Source of the DNA: Candidatus Latescibacterota bacterium
Lineage (GTDB): Bacteria > Latescibacterota > UBA2968 > UBA8231
DNA length: 64,000 nucleotides
NCBI GenBank assembly: GCA_965203355.1
Contig: OZ241889.1
Span: 640,001 to 704,000 of the forward strand
Direction: 5' to 3'
Shown here piece after piece: positions 27,947 to 38,220 of this stretch. Made by a program: the position numbers and the translations under genes. Numbering within the stretch: the stretch's first letter is position 1; each line of letters starts with the position of its first letter. Below the pieces are notes generated by a model. That model was not told the origin of the DNA and did no database searches. It saw nothing but the letters and a program-made list of their open reading frames with translations.

Positions 27947-30319
27947 CTATTTGAGCAACAGCATCTTGTGGACCAATGCGACGGTGCCCTTCTGGAGCCG
28001 CGCTAGATAAACGCCCGTCGCCACAGGTTTTCCGCTGGCGTCCGTCCCATCCCATTCAACCTGATAAAAGCCCGGTCCTACATCGCCGTTGGCGAGCCTC
28101 TTCACCTTCCGGCCCTGTACGTCGAAAACGTCCAAGCGCACCCGACCCGGCGCGGCGACGCGGTAGCGGATGGTGGTGGAGCTGTTAAACGGATTGGGAT
28201 AGCTCGGGTCTAGGGCAAATTCTCGCGGCGTGGCGATGCGGTCGTCCTCTTCCCGCACGGCCGTAACACTCCCAGAGTACTGAGCCGCGACCAAGCGGAT
28301 TTCGTCGAGATAGAAGGTGCCGCGCAGGCTGCCGATCAAGCGCAGCGACTCAATGGGGCGGTCGAGGGCCAGTTCGTCCAAGGCGATCTCGACGGTCTGC
28401 CACTGGTCTAGGTCCAGATCGATTTGGTCAATGAGGCTCAGCGGGCGGGCGGTCTCGCCGTTGACAACGAGGCCAAAGGAAGGCCGGAAGCCGCCGGTGG
28501 CCGTGCCGGGATGCAGGGCCATGCGCAGTCCGACGTACCCGACTTGGGCGACCGGCGCACGGGGTAGGAATTCAATGGTAAAACCTCGGGCATCCACCCG
28601 CAGCGCACGCTGGCCAGCGAACACGGTGTCGGCATGGGTCGGGTCGAGTTGTGCGCTGTAGAGCACACCTTGCGCCCATGCAAGATCGTCGGCAAAGAGA
28701 ACTTGATCCGCTCTGGGCAGCACGACGATAGAATGCACCAGTTTGGTCGCCTCATCGCCTTGCGCGAGATGCACCACCAGTTTTTTGCGGCCATTGTGCT
28801 CACTAGCCGAGAGATCAGCCTCAAGGCGATAGGTCTGGTCGTCTATCACTTGCAGGGGCAGGGCCTCGGGACCATCCAACGCGCTCAGATCAGCCGTGAG
28901 CTGCGCTGGTTCTGCGCCCTCTACCTGCCGCTGAAGGCGAATCGTCGAACGCAAAGGCAGCACGGCCCCAGCTAGCAACGTGTCCGGGGGCGGGTTTTCC
29001 CACATACCTTGGAGGGGGCTGGCTTCAATGCGGAAAACCGCTTGCGTGAAGCGGTCGCTCGTCAGATAGAGAACGCCCCGTTCGTCGGTGGTCAGCCCGA
29101 CTGGCGTCCCCCAGAAGGAATCGCTGTTGGGGTTGGGACGGAAGCCGGTGAGAAAGTCGGCTACGCGAGCGTTGGACCCATCCGGCTCGGCAAAGAGCGC
29201 CATGACCTTGTAGCCGAGATCGTTGCCTAAGACCCCCGCGCGGAAGGCGACAAACGCGGCGTGTTTGTACTGGGGCGGGAACTGATCGTACTTATAGAAG
29301 TGCAGACCCATCGGAGCCAAGTGGGCGGGGACGAGGGCCGCTGGACGCTCCATGCTGGCAACCAACAGCGAGTCAGCATCGGTTAGCGGGAAGATCGCCC
29401 GTTGGTATGCTCCAATAGAAAAATCCGTCCAGACCTGATAGGCGTACGCCAACGGCCAGCCATAGAAGCCGCCATCGCGGAGGGGCGTGATCCATTCCGG
29501 CGGCAGGTCTCGGCCCTCGCGGTCGTGCCCGTTGCCAGCACCCCACAGCTCGCCAGTGCCCGGGTGCAAGTCGAGGCCGATGGCATTGCGCAGTCCAGAG
29601 GCGTAGATCCGCCGACCACTGCCGTCGGTGTTCATTTGGATGACAGTAGCCCGTGCTGGATCATCCTCGCGGCAGAGGTCGCAGCTCGAACCGACGTGAA
29701 AGTAGAGCTTGTCGTTGGCTTCGTCGAAAACCAGCGTATGCGTCACGTGCTCAGAGGAGCGGCCCATAAAGCCGGGCACCTCGGCGAAAACAGCGCGCTC
29801 CTCGTAGAAGCCATCCGCGTCCCGGTCTTCAAGGCGGTAAATCGCATCGTCATCGGCGACGAAGAGCGCTCCTTGATAAAAGGCAACGCTATGCGGCCAA
29901 TGAAAATCGTCAGCAGCCTCGTACACGGTGTCGGCGCGGCCATCGCCGTTTCTGTCGGGCAAGGCCAACACGGTGCTCTGGCGACCAGAGGCCGGACTCC
30001 ACTGATTGCTGCCCCGAGTCTTCATGTTGGCCACATGCAGTACACCGTGGTCGTCCCATGCCATGAAGCGGGCCTTATCCACTTGGTCGGAGAAGAGTTT
30101 GACCTTAAAGCCGGGCGGGAGGTTGAGCGTATGGTCGGAGAGACCTTCGACCGGCACAGGTTCGAGGTGGAGGTCGATCTTGGGCGTTAAGCGGATCTGA
30201 CCGGGAGGATACTCGGCGTGGAGGGCCGAACTGGCGAGAAGCAGACAGAACAGGTAGGCGATCCTATAAACGATGCGTAAGGCATCCGGGCCTTCTACAC
30301 GGAGACGTACCCCATACAT
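27947..30319 (-). CDS. PQQ-dependent sugar/sorbosone dehydrogenase with C-terminal CBM-like and FlgD-Ig/T9SS-type domain
   Basis: LPPGFKVKLF, DRNGDGRAD, VGSSCDLC, GLRNAIG, GGFYGWP, AHLAPMGL; YPNPFNSSTTI..WDGTDASG..VHKMLLLK*. Confidence 0.87.
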   Translation of the reverse strand: MYGVRLRVEGPDALRIVYRIAYLFCLLLASSALHAEYPPGQIRLTPKIDLHLEPVPVEGLSDHTLNLPPGFKVKLFSDQVDKARFMAWDDHGVLHVANMKTRGSNQWSPASGRQSTVLALPDRNGDGRADTVYEAADDFHWPHSVAFYQGALFVADDDAIYRLEDRDADGFYEERAVFAEVPGFMGRSSEHVTHTLVFDEANDKLYFHVGSSCDLCREDDPARATVIQMNTDGSGRRIYASGLRNAIGLDLHPGTGELWGAGNGHDREGRDLPPEWITPLRDGGFYGWPLAYAYQVWTDFSIGAYQRAIFPLTDADSLLVASMERPAALVPAHLAPMGLHFYKYDQFPPQYKHAAFVAFRAGVLGNDLGYKVMALFAEPDGSNARVADFLTGFRPNPNSDSFWGTPVGLTTDERGVLYLTSDRFTQAVFRIEASPLQGMWENPPPDTLLAGAVLPLRSTIRLQRQVEGAEPAQLTADLSALDGPEALPLQVIDDQTYRLEADLSASEHNGRKKLVVHLAQGDEATKLVHSIVVLPRADQVLFADDLAWAQGVLYSAQLDPTHADTVFAGQRALRVDARGFTIEFLPRAPVAQVGYVGLRMALHPGTATGGFRPSFGLVVNGETARPLSLIDQIDLDLDQWQTVEIALDELALDRPIESLRLIGSLRGTFYLDEIRLVAAQYSGSVTAVREEDDRIATPREFALDPSYPNPFNSSTTIRYRVAAPGRVRLDVFDVQGRKVKRLANGDVGPGFYQVEWDGTDASGKPVATGVYLARLQKGTVALVHKMLLLK

Positions 30320-30370
30320 GATGTACTCCTTTGAAAAAGGGCTTAAGGTTGGTATAGCTTCACGCCAAGC

Positions 30371-30589
30371 CTATGTCTCGAGAGGATGGAAAAGGCTGAC
30401 CGCGTCAATGACCGTGCCTTTAAGCGACTTTGCCAGCTTAAGTTCATGCCAATGAAAATCAGCACCCCGCAGGTTCGCTCCTGACAAGTCCGTATAGCGT
30501 AGTTTAGCACCCTTTAGGTTCGTGCCGCTCAAGTTGGCTTCACGTAGGTCAGCACAATTGCCGAAATTTTCCTTTCGGGAGTTTGCTGT
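30371..30589 (-). pseudogene. start-less pentapeptide-repeat fragment, in frame behind the TAG of the upstream gene
   Basis: Manual translation: ADLRE ANLSG TNLKG AKLRY TDLSG ANLRG ADFHW.. stop at 30371; no ATG/RBS before the repeats. Confidence 0.7.
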
Positions 30590-31729
30590 CTAACGGCCTC
30601 GGTTGGCGTCTAAGAGAATTGCCGACGTGAGAAAGTGCTTCGGGGCCGGTGGCCCTGGGGCCGGGCGCGCACGGCTCTCGGCGATTATGCGCAGACGCAC
30701 AAAGCCTTGAGCATCGGGCGGTATCTCCAGCGTCCATTCGCAGCGCCCAGCGGCTCGGGACGCTAGGCACGCCAGCACGGCGGGCGCGACGTTGGGCTGC
30801 CAGTGGCCGATCAGTTCAACCTTTTCAAGCGCTTCGGTCGCCTCAAAGACAACGCGCAAAATTCCAGGGCCTCCCGTCCAAGTGTCGCCGATAAAATGGT
30901 TGTCAATCGAAAAATCGCCGAGGTCGAGCCAGTGCCCTTGAGAGGCACATGTGCGCCCTCGGCGCAGGCCAGCGAAGATCGCCTCTGGAGTGGGTGGACG
31001 CCCGGCCTCCACACCGACCCGAAAGTGATTGAAAACGCCCAGCGGATAATCGGGCTGGCACCATTGCTTGTGGACGTGGAAGTCAGAGTTCAACAGCAGA
31101 GAAAAGGGCCGCCGACAAGCGTACACTTGATCGACCAAGCCGCCGATAGCTCCTCCCGGATAAGCACACGGGTCCATTGCCGCGACTTTGGCGTGTGCTT
31201 GGTGTCCGTGCAAGGCTTCAATGCCGACGACAAGGGCCGCCGGGCTGCTCAACCCACCATCAGCGGCGAGATAGCGGTTGATGCTCTCCTTAGACCACTG
31301 GCCGGCAGCAGGGTGGTTGAAGAAGAGGACGGGGCGTTCCACCGCTGGCAGTGCGCTCAGATGCTCTAACGCCGCTTCTAGGCTGCCAAGAGCCGCAGCC
31401 CCCAGCCGGTCGTAGGCAGCGGCAAAGGCATAGGCGTTCTCGGCCTCGCGCTCGCCAATCGGAAAGACGAGTCCTGCGTGGCCTCCCATCGGCGCGTTCC
31501 ACTCTAGCCCGAAGAAGATGGGAACCCCCGGCAAAAGGCGGCGCGCTTGCTCGATCATGCGGTGTTGCTTAAAAAAAACGGGCTTTTGCGCGTGGTTGGT
31601 CAGCGCGACAAAGTCGAGTGTGTCGCCAGCCCCCGCCAAATGCTCGGCGACCAAGGCGTGATCTTCACAGTGGTTGTGCATATCGCCGCGGAGCCACCGC
31701 AACGGCCCGCGCGTTATTTTGTCGGCCAT
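30590..31729 (-). CDS. PHP-fold metal-dependent hydrolase-like protein
   Basis: WLRGDMHNHC, VALTNH, GLEW, GGH, FNHP, NSDFH. Confidence 0.75.
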   Translation of the reverse strand: MADKITRGPLRWLRGDMHNHCEDHALVAEHLAGAGDTLDFVALTNHAQKPVFFKQHRMIEQARRLLPGVPIFFGLEWNAPMGGHAGLVFPIGEREAENAYAFAAAYDRLGAAALGSLEAALEHLSALPAVERPVLFFNHPAAGQWSKESINRYLAADGGLSSPAALVVGIEALHGHQAHAKVAAMDPCAYPGGAIGGLVDQVYACRRPFSLLLNSDFHVHKQWCQPDYPLGVFNHFRVGVEAGRPPTPEAIFAGLRRGRTCASQGHWLDLGDFSIDNHFIGDTWTGGPGILRVVFEATEALEKVELIGHWQPNVAPAVLACLASRAAGRCEWTLEIPPDAQGFVRLRIIAESRARPAPGPPAPKHFLTSAILLDANRGR

Positions 31730-31854
31730 GGACAAAACGGACAATGTCGCCTGTCGGCTTGAGCTTGAGGTGCGAGCCTTATAAATTAAGCGAAAACCTA
31801 GACCGCGTAAAAGAGTCGCTGGCAGCCTTGGCGACTGGCTCAAGGAGGAAAACA

Positions 31855-33879
31855 GTGTACAAATGGTCGCTTCTCATGGCGCTCGCGCTTTCTACCGCAC
31901 CGGTAGCCGCCCAGATCTCGCTGTGGAAAATGGGCGGCCAAGGCTTGGCTTGGAGCCAGAGTGACAGCAGCGAAGTCTTTATCGACTTCCAGACCTTTCC
32001 CGGCTCTGTTGCGCCAACCTACTTCAACGGCCAGGAAAACATCCTTTCCAAGCTTCCGTTCTGGTCGCCCTTCAAGTTTCCCACCGACTTGGGCTACGAA
32101 GACGGCCTCATTCCGCGAGTTTGGCGCGCAGCCAACGGCTTCTATTGGTTCACGGCCGGAACCCTGACGACCGAGTGGGTCGATGGCGACAGCTCTTCTT
32201 ACAGCCCGCCGGTAGCGCGCGGCATCAATTCGGAGTGGTACACCTTCGACGTGGGGGTCCCAGTGCCCGCCAACGTAGTCGGATTCTACACGCCGCCGCA
32301 CGGTTTTCGCGCCGACGGCAGACTCCTCCGCGACGACATCTTCAAGGCGTTTGAAGTCTCAATCGCCGAAGAGTTCGACCCGGTCCTCAACCTCGAAAAC
32401 AACGACAACGACTATCACCGCTTGGAGACCTTAGTCGCCGATGTGCCGCTCAATTTCGACGCCAATGTCCAGCTTGAATTTCCCAAACAGTACGTGCGTT
32501 TCATCCGCCTACAGCGCAAATCCTCCATTGACGACAAAGCCTTTGCCTCGGGCCAAGCCAATGTCCAGCAGGGAACCATAGGCGAGTTCGAGCTCAAAGG
32601 CGAGGGGGTTCCCAAGCGAGTGTTTTATCTGTCTAAGATCATCTCCCTCGGCCGCACGGTGAATTTCGGGCGTCTATTCTGGGACGCCACGCCCATGCGA
32701 ATGGTCAAAGGGGTGCCCACTCCCGTTGACAACGCCCAAGCCCGACTCGCGATCTCCGTGCGTTCTGGCCGCGACGACGACCCCAACGTCTATCACGAAT
32801 TTACCGACACCGGTGCCGAGCGCCCGGTCGTGCGTGCGCGCTTTGAGAAAGAACTCAAGCAACCAGACCAAACTACCCAAGGCCAGATCCAAGAAGGCAA
32901 ACCCGGTCTTAGAGCCTCCATCATTTACGACCAAGACAACTGGACCTTCTGGTCTTTTCCCATCGCCGAGCCCGGGCAACCTGCCCCGCTGGAGCGCGGC
33001 AACCACATCCAGGTGAGACTTACCTTCGAGAGCAGTTCTTTCTTCGACTTTGTGCGGCTCGATTCGCTGTGGATTGAGACCGCACCGCCATTGGCCTCGC
33101 AAGTGGTCGGCGAGGTGGCCCGCTTTGACGAGCCAACGCCCGCCGGCAGCCTAACCGAAGTGTACTTAGGCGAGATGACGGACTTTACCTACGACGTGCG
33201 TACCCGGTTCGACGGAGCGAGCCAACCGGGCTTCGATGCCATCCGAATCCGCACAGGCAGCCGCCCCCAGTTCAAACGGCTAGAGATGGGCCAGCCACTC
33301 CAAGTCATAGAGCCGACCGAGGTGATAGAAGCGGCAAGTGAACTAGTAGTGCGCTTGCCCCAGTCGATCACGCGCAGCCGCAACGAACCCGTGCGGCTGG
33401 TTTTCGGCACCGAGGTCTTCATCTTTGCCAACACGTTCGCTGGCGAGGTGTTTGACACAAACGAGGAAAGCCTACCGCAGCAGATTGAGGCCGGTAACGC
33501 CTCCGACGAGGTCAACACCAACAGCCTGCGGGTGTTGGGCGGCGCACAAGATGCCGGGGCACCCATCGAAAACCTAGCTTTTTCAAGCGAGATATTGACC
33601 CCCAACGGCGACGGTGCCAACGATGTGCTGGCCATCAGTTATACCTTGTTTCGCCTGCCCGGCCCGGTGCCCGTGGCCCTCAACATCTACGACTTGCGCG
33701 GCGGCCAGGTCGGCGGCCTCGAACTCGGAATGCAGGGAGCCGGACCGCAAACCGTGCATTGGGATGGCCGCGACGCGGACGGAGAACTGTTGGTACCCGG
33801 TCTATATGTGATGGAAATCGCCCTCAAGGCAGAACTTAAAACCTTCCGCCAGCAGCAGCCGCTGGGCTTGGCTTATTAG
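31855..33879 (+). CDS. secreted hypothetical protein with C-terminal FlgD-Ig-like domain
   Basis: AAGGAGG RBS and GTG 31855, signal peptide ending APVAA, TPNGDGAND, IYDLRG, WDGRDADGELLVPGLY. Confidence 0.8.
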   Translation: MYKWSLLMALALSTAPVAAQISLWKMGGQGLAWSQSDSSEVFIDFQTFPGSVAPTYFNGQENILSKLPFWSPFKFPTDLGYEDGLIPRVWRAANGFYWFTAGTLTTEWVDGDSSSYSPPVARGINSEWYTFDVGVPVPANVVGFYTPPHGFRADGRLLRDDIFKAFEVSIAEEFDPVLNLENNDNDYHRLETLVADVPLNFDANVQLEFPKQYVRFIRLQRKSSIDDKAFASGQANVQQGTIGEFELKGEGVPKRVFYLSKIISLGRTVNFGRLFWDATPMRMVKGVPTPVDNAQARLAISVRSGRDDDPNVYHEFTDTGAERPVVRARFEKELKQPDQTTQGQIQEGKPGLRASIIYDQDNWTFWSFPIAEPGQPAPLERGNHIQVRLTFESSSFFDFVRLDSLWIETAPPLASQVVGEVARFDEPTPAGSLTEVYLGEMTDFTYDVRTRFDGASQPGFDAIRIRTGSRPQFKRLEMGQPLQVIEPTEVIEAASELVVRLPQSITRSRNEPVRLVFGTEVFIFANTFAGEVFDTNEESLPQQIEAGNASDEVNTNSLRVLGGAQDAGAPIENLAFSSEILTPNGDGANDVLAISYTLFRLPGPVPVALNIYDLRGGQVGGLELGMQGAGPQTVHWDGRDADGELLVPGLYVMEIALKAELKTFRQQQPLGLAY

Positions 33880-33913
33880 GCCCGGCCGCGCTTGGTCCAA
33901 ACGCGCCTATTCA

Positions 33914-34501
33914 ATGTCTGCCAGAGATGTAAGCCGCTTGGGCGAAGATATTGTATTTGAAGAGCATCTCCGGGGGCGCACTTTCACCTTCCACTCCACT
34001 TGGGGCCTTTTCAATCCCAAACGCATTGACCCGGGTACGCGGATGCTCATTGACCACATCAAAGCCGGACCGGCCGATTGCTGTCTCGACTTAGGGTGCG
34101 GATATGGTCCAATCGGCTTGGCGTTGGGCCACCTCTGCCCCGAGGGCGAGGTCCATCTGATCGACAAGGACTTCGTCGCGGTCGAGTACGCGGCGCAAAA
34201 CGCTGCACACAACGGGCTGACCAATTGTCTCGCCTATTTGAGTAATGCCTTCAGCCATGTGCCCGCCCACGTGCGCTTTGACACTATTGCCTCCAACTTA
34301 CCCGCAAAAACAGGCAACGAACTCCTGACGATCATCATGCACGACGCCCGCACTCGCCTCAAGCCGGGCGGGCACTTGTGGGTCGTCACCATTGCCGGGC
34401 TAAAGGAGTACGTCAAGCGCAATTTCAAGGAAGTCTTCGGCAACTACAAAAAGATCAAACAGCGGGGGACCTACCTATTGTCTTTGGCGATTAAAGAGTA
34501 G
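33914..34501 (+). CDS. RsmC-like small methyltransferase (MTS domain)
   Basis: GLF..IDPGTRML, LDLGCGYGPIG, SNLP. Confidence 0.82.
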   Translation: MSARDVSRLGEDIVFEEHLRGRTFTFHSTWGLFNPKRIDPGTRMLIDHIKAGPADCCLDLGCGYGPIGLALGHLCPEGEVHLIDKDFVAVEYAAQNAAHNGLTNCLAYLSNAFSHVPAHVRFDTIASNLPAKTGNELLTIIMHDARTRLKPGGHLWVVTIAGLKEYVKRNFKEVFGNYKKIKQRGTYLLSLAIKE

Positions 34502-34522
34502 AGGTTCGGCTGCTTGGAGCAA

Positions 34523-35575
34523 CTATAGCAACGCCTCGTTCACCTCGACGCCAAATCCCGGGCCTTCGGGCAGTACTAAGTGACCTTCCTGCGGTTGCGG
34601 CTCACCTAACCACAGCTTATCATGCACCGCGTCGCGCCGGCCCATGACCATCTCGGCCAAGTTGTCTCCATAGCCAGCCGCCAAAAAGTGCAGACCCCAA
34701 ATCTCGCCGCCGCGGTGAGGCACCACCGGGATGCCGTAGGCTTGGGCGAGCTTGGCAATGCGCAGCGTCGCCGTCAGGCCGCCGCACCAAGTGACGTCCG
34801 GTTGCCACAAGTCCAGTGCCTGCATCTTAGCAATATGACCGAAATCCCGCGCAGTGAATTCGTGTTCGCCGCCAGCCAACAGAATTGGATGGATCTGCGG
34901 ACGCAACGCCGCCAAGCCATCTAGGTCATCGGGCAACAGCACGTCTTCAAACCAGTATATGTTGAATGGCGCGAGTTGCTGCGCCACGGCCACGGCAAAG
35001 CCGGGCGACCACGACATGTACGCGTCGATCATCAAGAGCGCGTCTTCGCCCAAGGTCTGGCGCGCCCCTTCGGCCCACTCAAGTACGCGCACTGCATCAG
35101 CAGCCTCGCTTCCTTGCCGCGTCTGCGAAGACTTGTGGGCACCAAAGCCCAAGTCGCGATACCAAGCGCAATCCGGGCCTGTAGCGTAGGCCCGCACCTC
35201 GTCCCGTTGCCGACCGCCCAACAAGTCGCAGACAGACTTCTTCTCGGCCCGGCCCAAGACATCCCACAGTGCCAAGTCCACGCCGCTGATAGCCATGACG
35301 GCGATCCCGCTGCGGCCGTAGGGCAAGCTGGCCTTGTACTGGTCGTCCCAGAGCCGAGCGATAGCTTCAATGCCGTTGATGCTGCGCCCCACCAGCAACT
35401 CGCGCAGGTGACGGTTAATCACCTCCACGGCCGCAATTCCACCGCCCCCCGCTCCCCAGCCGCTGATGCCGACATCCGTATTGATGCGCACGGCCACCTG
35501 CCAGAAGTGCCGACGCCAAGCCGCGGGCGCGCCGCGATAGCGGGGATAAACTGCTTGCACTCCGGTTATTTTCAT
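34523..35575 (-). CDS. mandelate racemase/enolase-superfamily sugar-acid dehydratase (rhamnonate dehydratase-like)
   Basis: AISGVDLALWD, LLGG, MIDAYM, WFED, GGEHE, QPDVTWCGG, PH, PGFGVE. Confidence 0.87.
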   Translation of the reverse strand: MKITGVQAVYPRYRGAPAAWRRHFWQVAVRINTDVGISGWGAGGGGIAAVEVINRHLRELLVGRSINGIEAIARLWDDQYKASLPYGRSGIAVMAISGVDLALWDVLGRAEKKSVCDLLGGRQRDEVRAYATGPDCAWYRDLGFGAHKSSQTRQGSEAADAVRVLEWAEGARQTLGEDALLMIDAYMSWSPGFAVAVAQQLAPFNIYWFEDVLLPDDLDGLAALRPQIHPILLAGGEHEFTARDFGHIAKMQALDLWQPDVTWCGGLTATLRIAKLAQAYGIPVVPHRGGEIWGLHFLAAGYGDNLAEMVMGRRDAVHDKLWLGEPQPQEGHLVLPEGPGFGVEVNEALL

Positions 35576-35696
35576 GCGTAACCCCTTGTGTACATTTTGT
35601 TTTTATCGCCTCCCTTTTTGGTAATCGGTCGCTTCGTATAGTATTATTTATATATCAAACACCTTGTATTCTATATCCCCATTATAGGAACAGTCC

Positions 35697-36785
35697 ATGT
35701 CCTTAGGACGCAACCTGAAAGAGCTGCGACAGAAACAATCGCTCAACCAGAAAGACCTCTCAGATCGCTCCGGCGTCTCCCAGGCCACCATCTCCCGCAT
35801 TGAAACCGGCCGCGTACGCCAGCCAGGCTCGTCGGCCCTAAAAAGTTTAGCTGACGCCCTCGGCGTTTCGACCGACTCCCTAATAGACGACACGGCGCAC
35901 TTGGCCCGAGTCCACAAAGACCGTTTGCATCAAATCGCCGAGACCCTCAACGCCTTTGTCATCCACGAAAACAGACGTTTGCACTTCATCGGCCAGACCT
36001 TGGCCGGCCTATTGGGTTATCGCGAGGAAGAACTGCTTGCCAAAGACGGCGTTGAACTACTGTTCGCTCCCCAGTCCCGTCCTGAAGCTCGGTACATGGT
36101 CGCCAGCGGTTCGTCCAATACCTATGAAGTACTCATGGTGCGCCGGGACGGCAGCTTTCTTCCCGTCGAGATCACCAACGTCAATATCAGCGCAAAAGAG
36201 CACTTGGTCATTGTGCGCGACATCACCACTCACTGCTGCCAGCAAGGGGCCTTTCGCGTTTTGCAGGCTGGTTGCGACGCCAACAAGATGCGCGATCTAG
36301 GCAAGGTCGTGCGCATCCTCGGCGACGAATTAGAGGCGATGGGCGTCCAATTCGAGGCGGTTGACCTACAGATCATAGACGAACAAAGAAACCGCTTGGC
36401 TTGCTATCGCGCCTATTCCGCAGCACGCGGTTATCGCTCCTTGCAAACCGAGGTAAATCTCCAAGAATCGCTCGATCACTTTGCCTCTTTGCAGCGATTG
36501 GTTAGCTGTAGGAACCGGGACAAGGTCTGGGAGCGCGAGGCCGACGAGGATTTTCGCCAGATGACCCAAGAAATTTTCTCGGACTCGATGTATCGTCCCG
36601 GACTGCTGATCGACGTGTCTTTTGCCCAAGGGATGTTAGGGCTGGGGTTGCCCATGGGTAGCCCGAAGCCCCCCGAACAGCTACCGACCATCTTGCCCGA
36701 GTTCGCCCGCTCTATCTCTTTGGTCGTCAAGCGGCTGTTTGAACTCCAATCGCTGCGCGAAAAGCTGGACTCTACTGATGCTTAA
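35697..36785 (+). CDS. XRE/HTH_3 regulator with PAS and GAF-like sensory regions
   Basis: LKELRQKQSLNQKDLSDRSGVSQATISRIETG; LLGYREEELL..RRDGSFLPVEI (PAS). Confidence 0.8.
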   Translation: MSLGRNLKELRQKQSLNQKDLSDRSGVSQATISRIETGRVRQPGSSALKSLADALGVSTDSLIDDTAHLARVHKDRLHQIAETLNAFVIHENRRLHFIGQTLAGLLGYREEELLAKDGVELLFAPQSRPEARYMVASGSSNTYEVLMVRRDGSFLPVEITNVNISAKEHLVIVRDITTHCCQQGAFRVLQAGCDANKMRDLGKVVRILGDELEAMGVQFEAVDLQIIDEQRNRLACYRAYSAARGYRSLQTEVNLQESLDHFASLQRLVSCRNRDKVWEREADEDFRQMTQEIFSDSMYRPGLLIDVSFAQGMLGLGLPMGSPKPPEQLPTILPEFARSISLVVKRLFELQSLREKLDSTDA

Positions 36786-36837
36786 CCGAACGATTTTTTC
36801 ACGCCATCGAGACTTTCGCGCCCGGTAGGGGTCTGCG

Positions 36838-38196
36838 CTATGAACGCGCTTCTTCTGGGCGGACCTTCCGCTGGCCAGAGCCGAGCGGAGCAGCCTCTTT
36901 GATGTGGGGGCGAGTTTCTCCGGCTTCTTCCATGCGTCGCCAGAGCCGTTGCCGCATTACCTGAGCCACCTCTCGGTGTGACTCAAGGCCGACTAGATTG
37001 TTCAGTTCGTAGGGATCAACCTGTAGATCGTAGAGATACTGCTCCTCGTAGTGATCGGCTCCTGCCGCATCTCTTCCTTGCCCGTCTGGAGCATTCACCC
37101 CGTACTTCCACCGATGTGTGCGAACGGCCCGTCCCACTTGGGCCTCGCTGATCTGCACGAAAACCTCTGCGGGCCAATCGGTTTCTCCACCGCGCACAAG
37201 CGGCATGAGCGAGCGGCCCTGCATCTGCTCGGGGATTTCCAAGCCAGCCGCGTCCAAAAGTGTTGGCGGCAGATCGATTAGGCTGATCAGTTCTTGCAAT
37301 TGGCCGCCGTGAAAACCGGGTCCGGTCAAAACGGTCGGTACGCGGATCGAGCTTTCGTGGCAAGAGCGCTTGTACTCGTTGTTGCGCGTCTTGAAGTGAC
37401 AGCCGTGATCCGACGTAAAGAGCACGACAGTGTCGTCGGCTAGTGCCAAGCTCTTGAGCGCGTCGTGCAGGCGACCATAGGCTTCATCGAGCCGCTTGAC
37501 CATCCCGTAATAGCCGCCTAAGTGCTGGTGAGTCGAGCCGCCTAATGCCGCTAGATCGGGCGGGACCCAGCCTCCGGTATAGGCTTCCCGGTAGCCGTCA
37601 GGGGGTGGATAGTCGTCCAAGTGGTTCTGGTGATGGGGTTCAATGTAGGAGACAAACAGAAAAAAAGGACGATCTTGGCGTGCATCCACGTAGCGGATTG
37701 CGGCGTCCGTGACCGCGTCCACTCGATAACCGGGTAGGCGGACGGGTTGTTCGTCATGGTCGTAGAGGACTGTGCTGTAGGCGTCGGAAGTAAACTCGAG
37801 CACATTAGACGCCAACCAGTACTGATAGCCAAAGCGATCCGCGGCCGGCACTGGACCAGTGGTCCCTCGGTCGTGGAGATGCCACTTGCCGATATAGCCT
37901 GTGTCGTAGCCTGCCGCGGCAAAATAGTGGGCGAGGGTTTGGCTGTCTGTAGGCAGGGGAATGCCGTTGCGGTAACAACCTGTCGTCGTAGCGTAGAGAC
38001 CTGTTTGCAGACAAGAGCGCGCCGGGCCGCAGACGGGTTGGCACGTAAAGGAATGAGCCGCGTGGGTGTACTCGCGGGCGAGGCGATCGAGATTCGGCGT
38101 AAGGCCCATTGGATTGCCGTGTAGCCCGGTTGTGTCCCAGCGCTGTTGATCGGTAAAAAAGACGATGACGTTTGGTTTTTTGCGGCCTTCAGTCAT
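36838..38196 (-). CDS. sulfatase
   Basis: KPNVIVFFTDQQR, CGPARS, GKWH, FTSDHG, LYDLQVDPYELNNL. Confidence 0.93.
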   Translation of the reverse strand: MTEGRKKPNVIVFFTDQQRWDTTGLHGNPMGLTPNLDRLAREYTHAAHSFTCQPVCGPARSCLQTGLYATTTGCYRNGIPLPTDSQTLAHYFAAAGYDTGYIGKWHLHDRGTTGPVPAADRFGYQYWLASNVLEFTSDAYSTVLYDHDEQPVRLPGYRVDAVTDAAIRYVDARQDRPFFLFVSYIEPHHQNHLDDYPPPDGYREAYTGGWVPPDLAALGGSTHQHLGGYYGMVKRLDEAYGRLHDALKSLALADDTVVLFTSDHGCHFKTRNNEYKRSCHESSIRVPTVLTGPGFHGGQLQELISLIDLPPTLLDAAGLEIPEQMQGRSLMPLVRGGETDWPAEVFVQISEAQVGRAVRTHRWKYGVNAPDGQGRDAAGADHYEEQYLYDLQVDPYELNNLVGLESHREVAQVMRQRLWRRMEEAGETRPHIKEAAPLGSGQRKVRPEEARS

Positions 38197-38220
38197 TTTA
38201 CACGGCCCCTCCTTTTTCGC

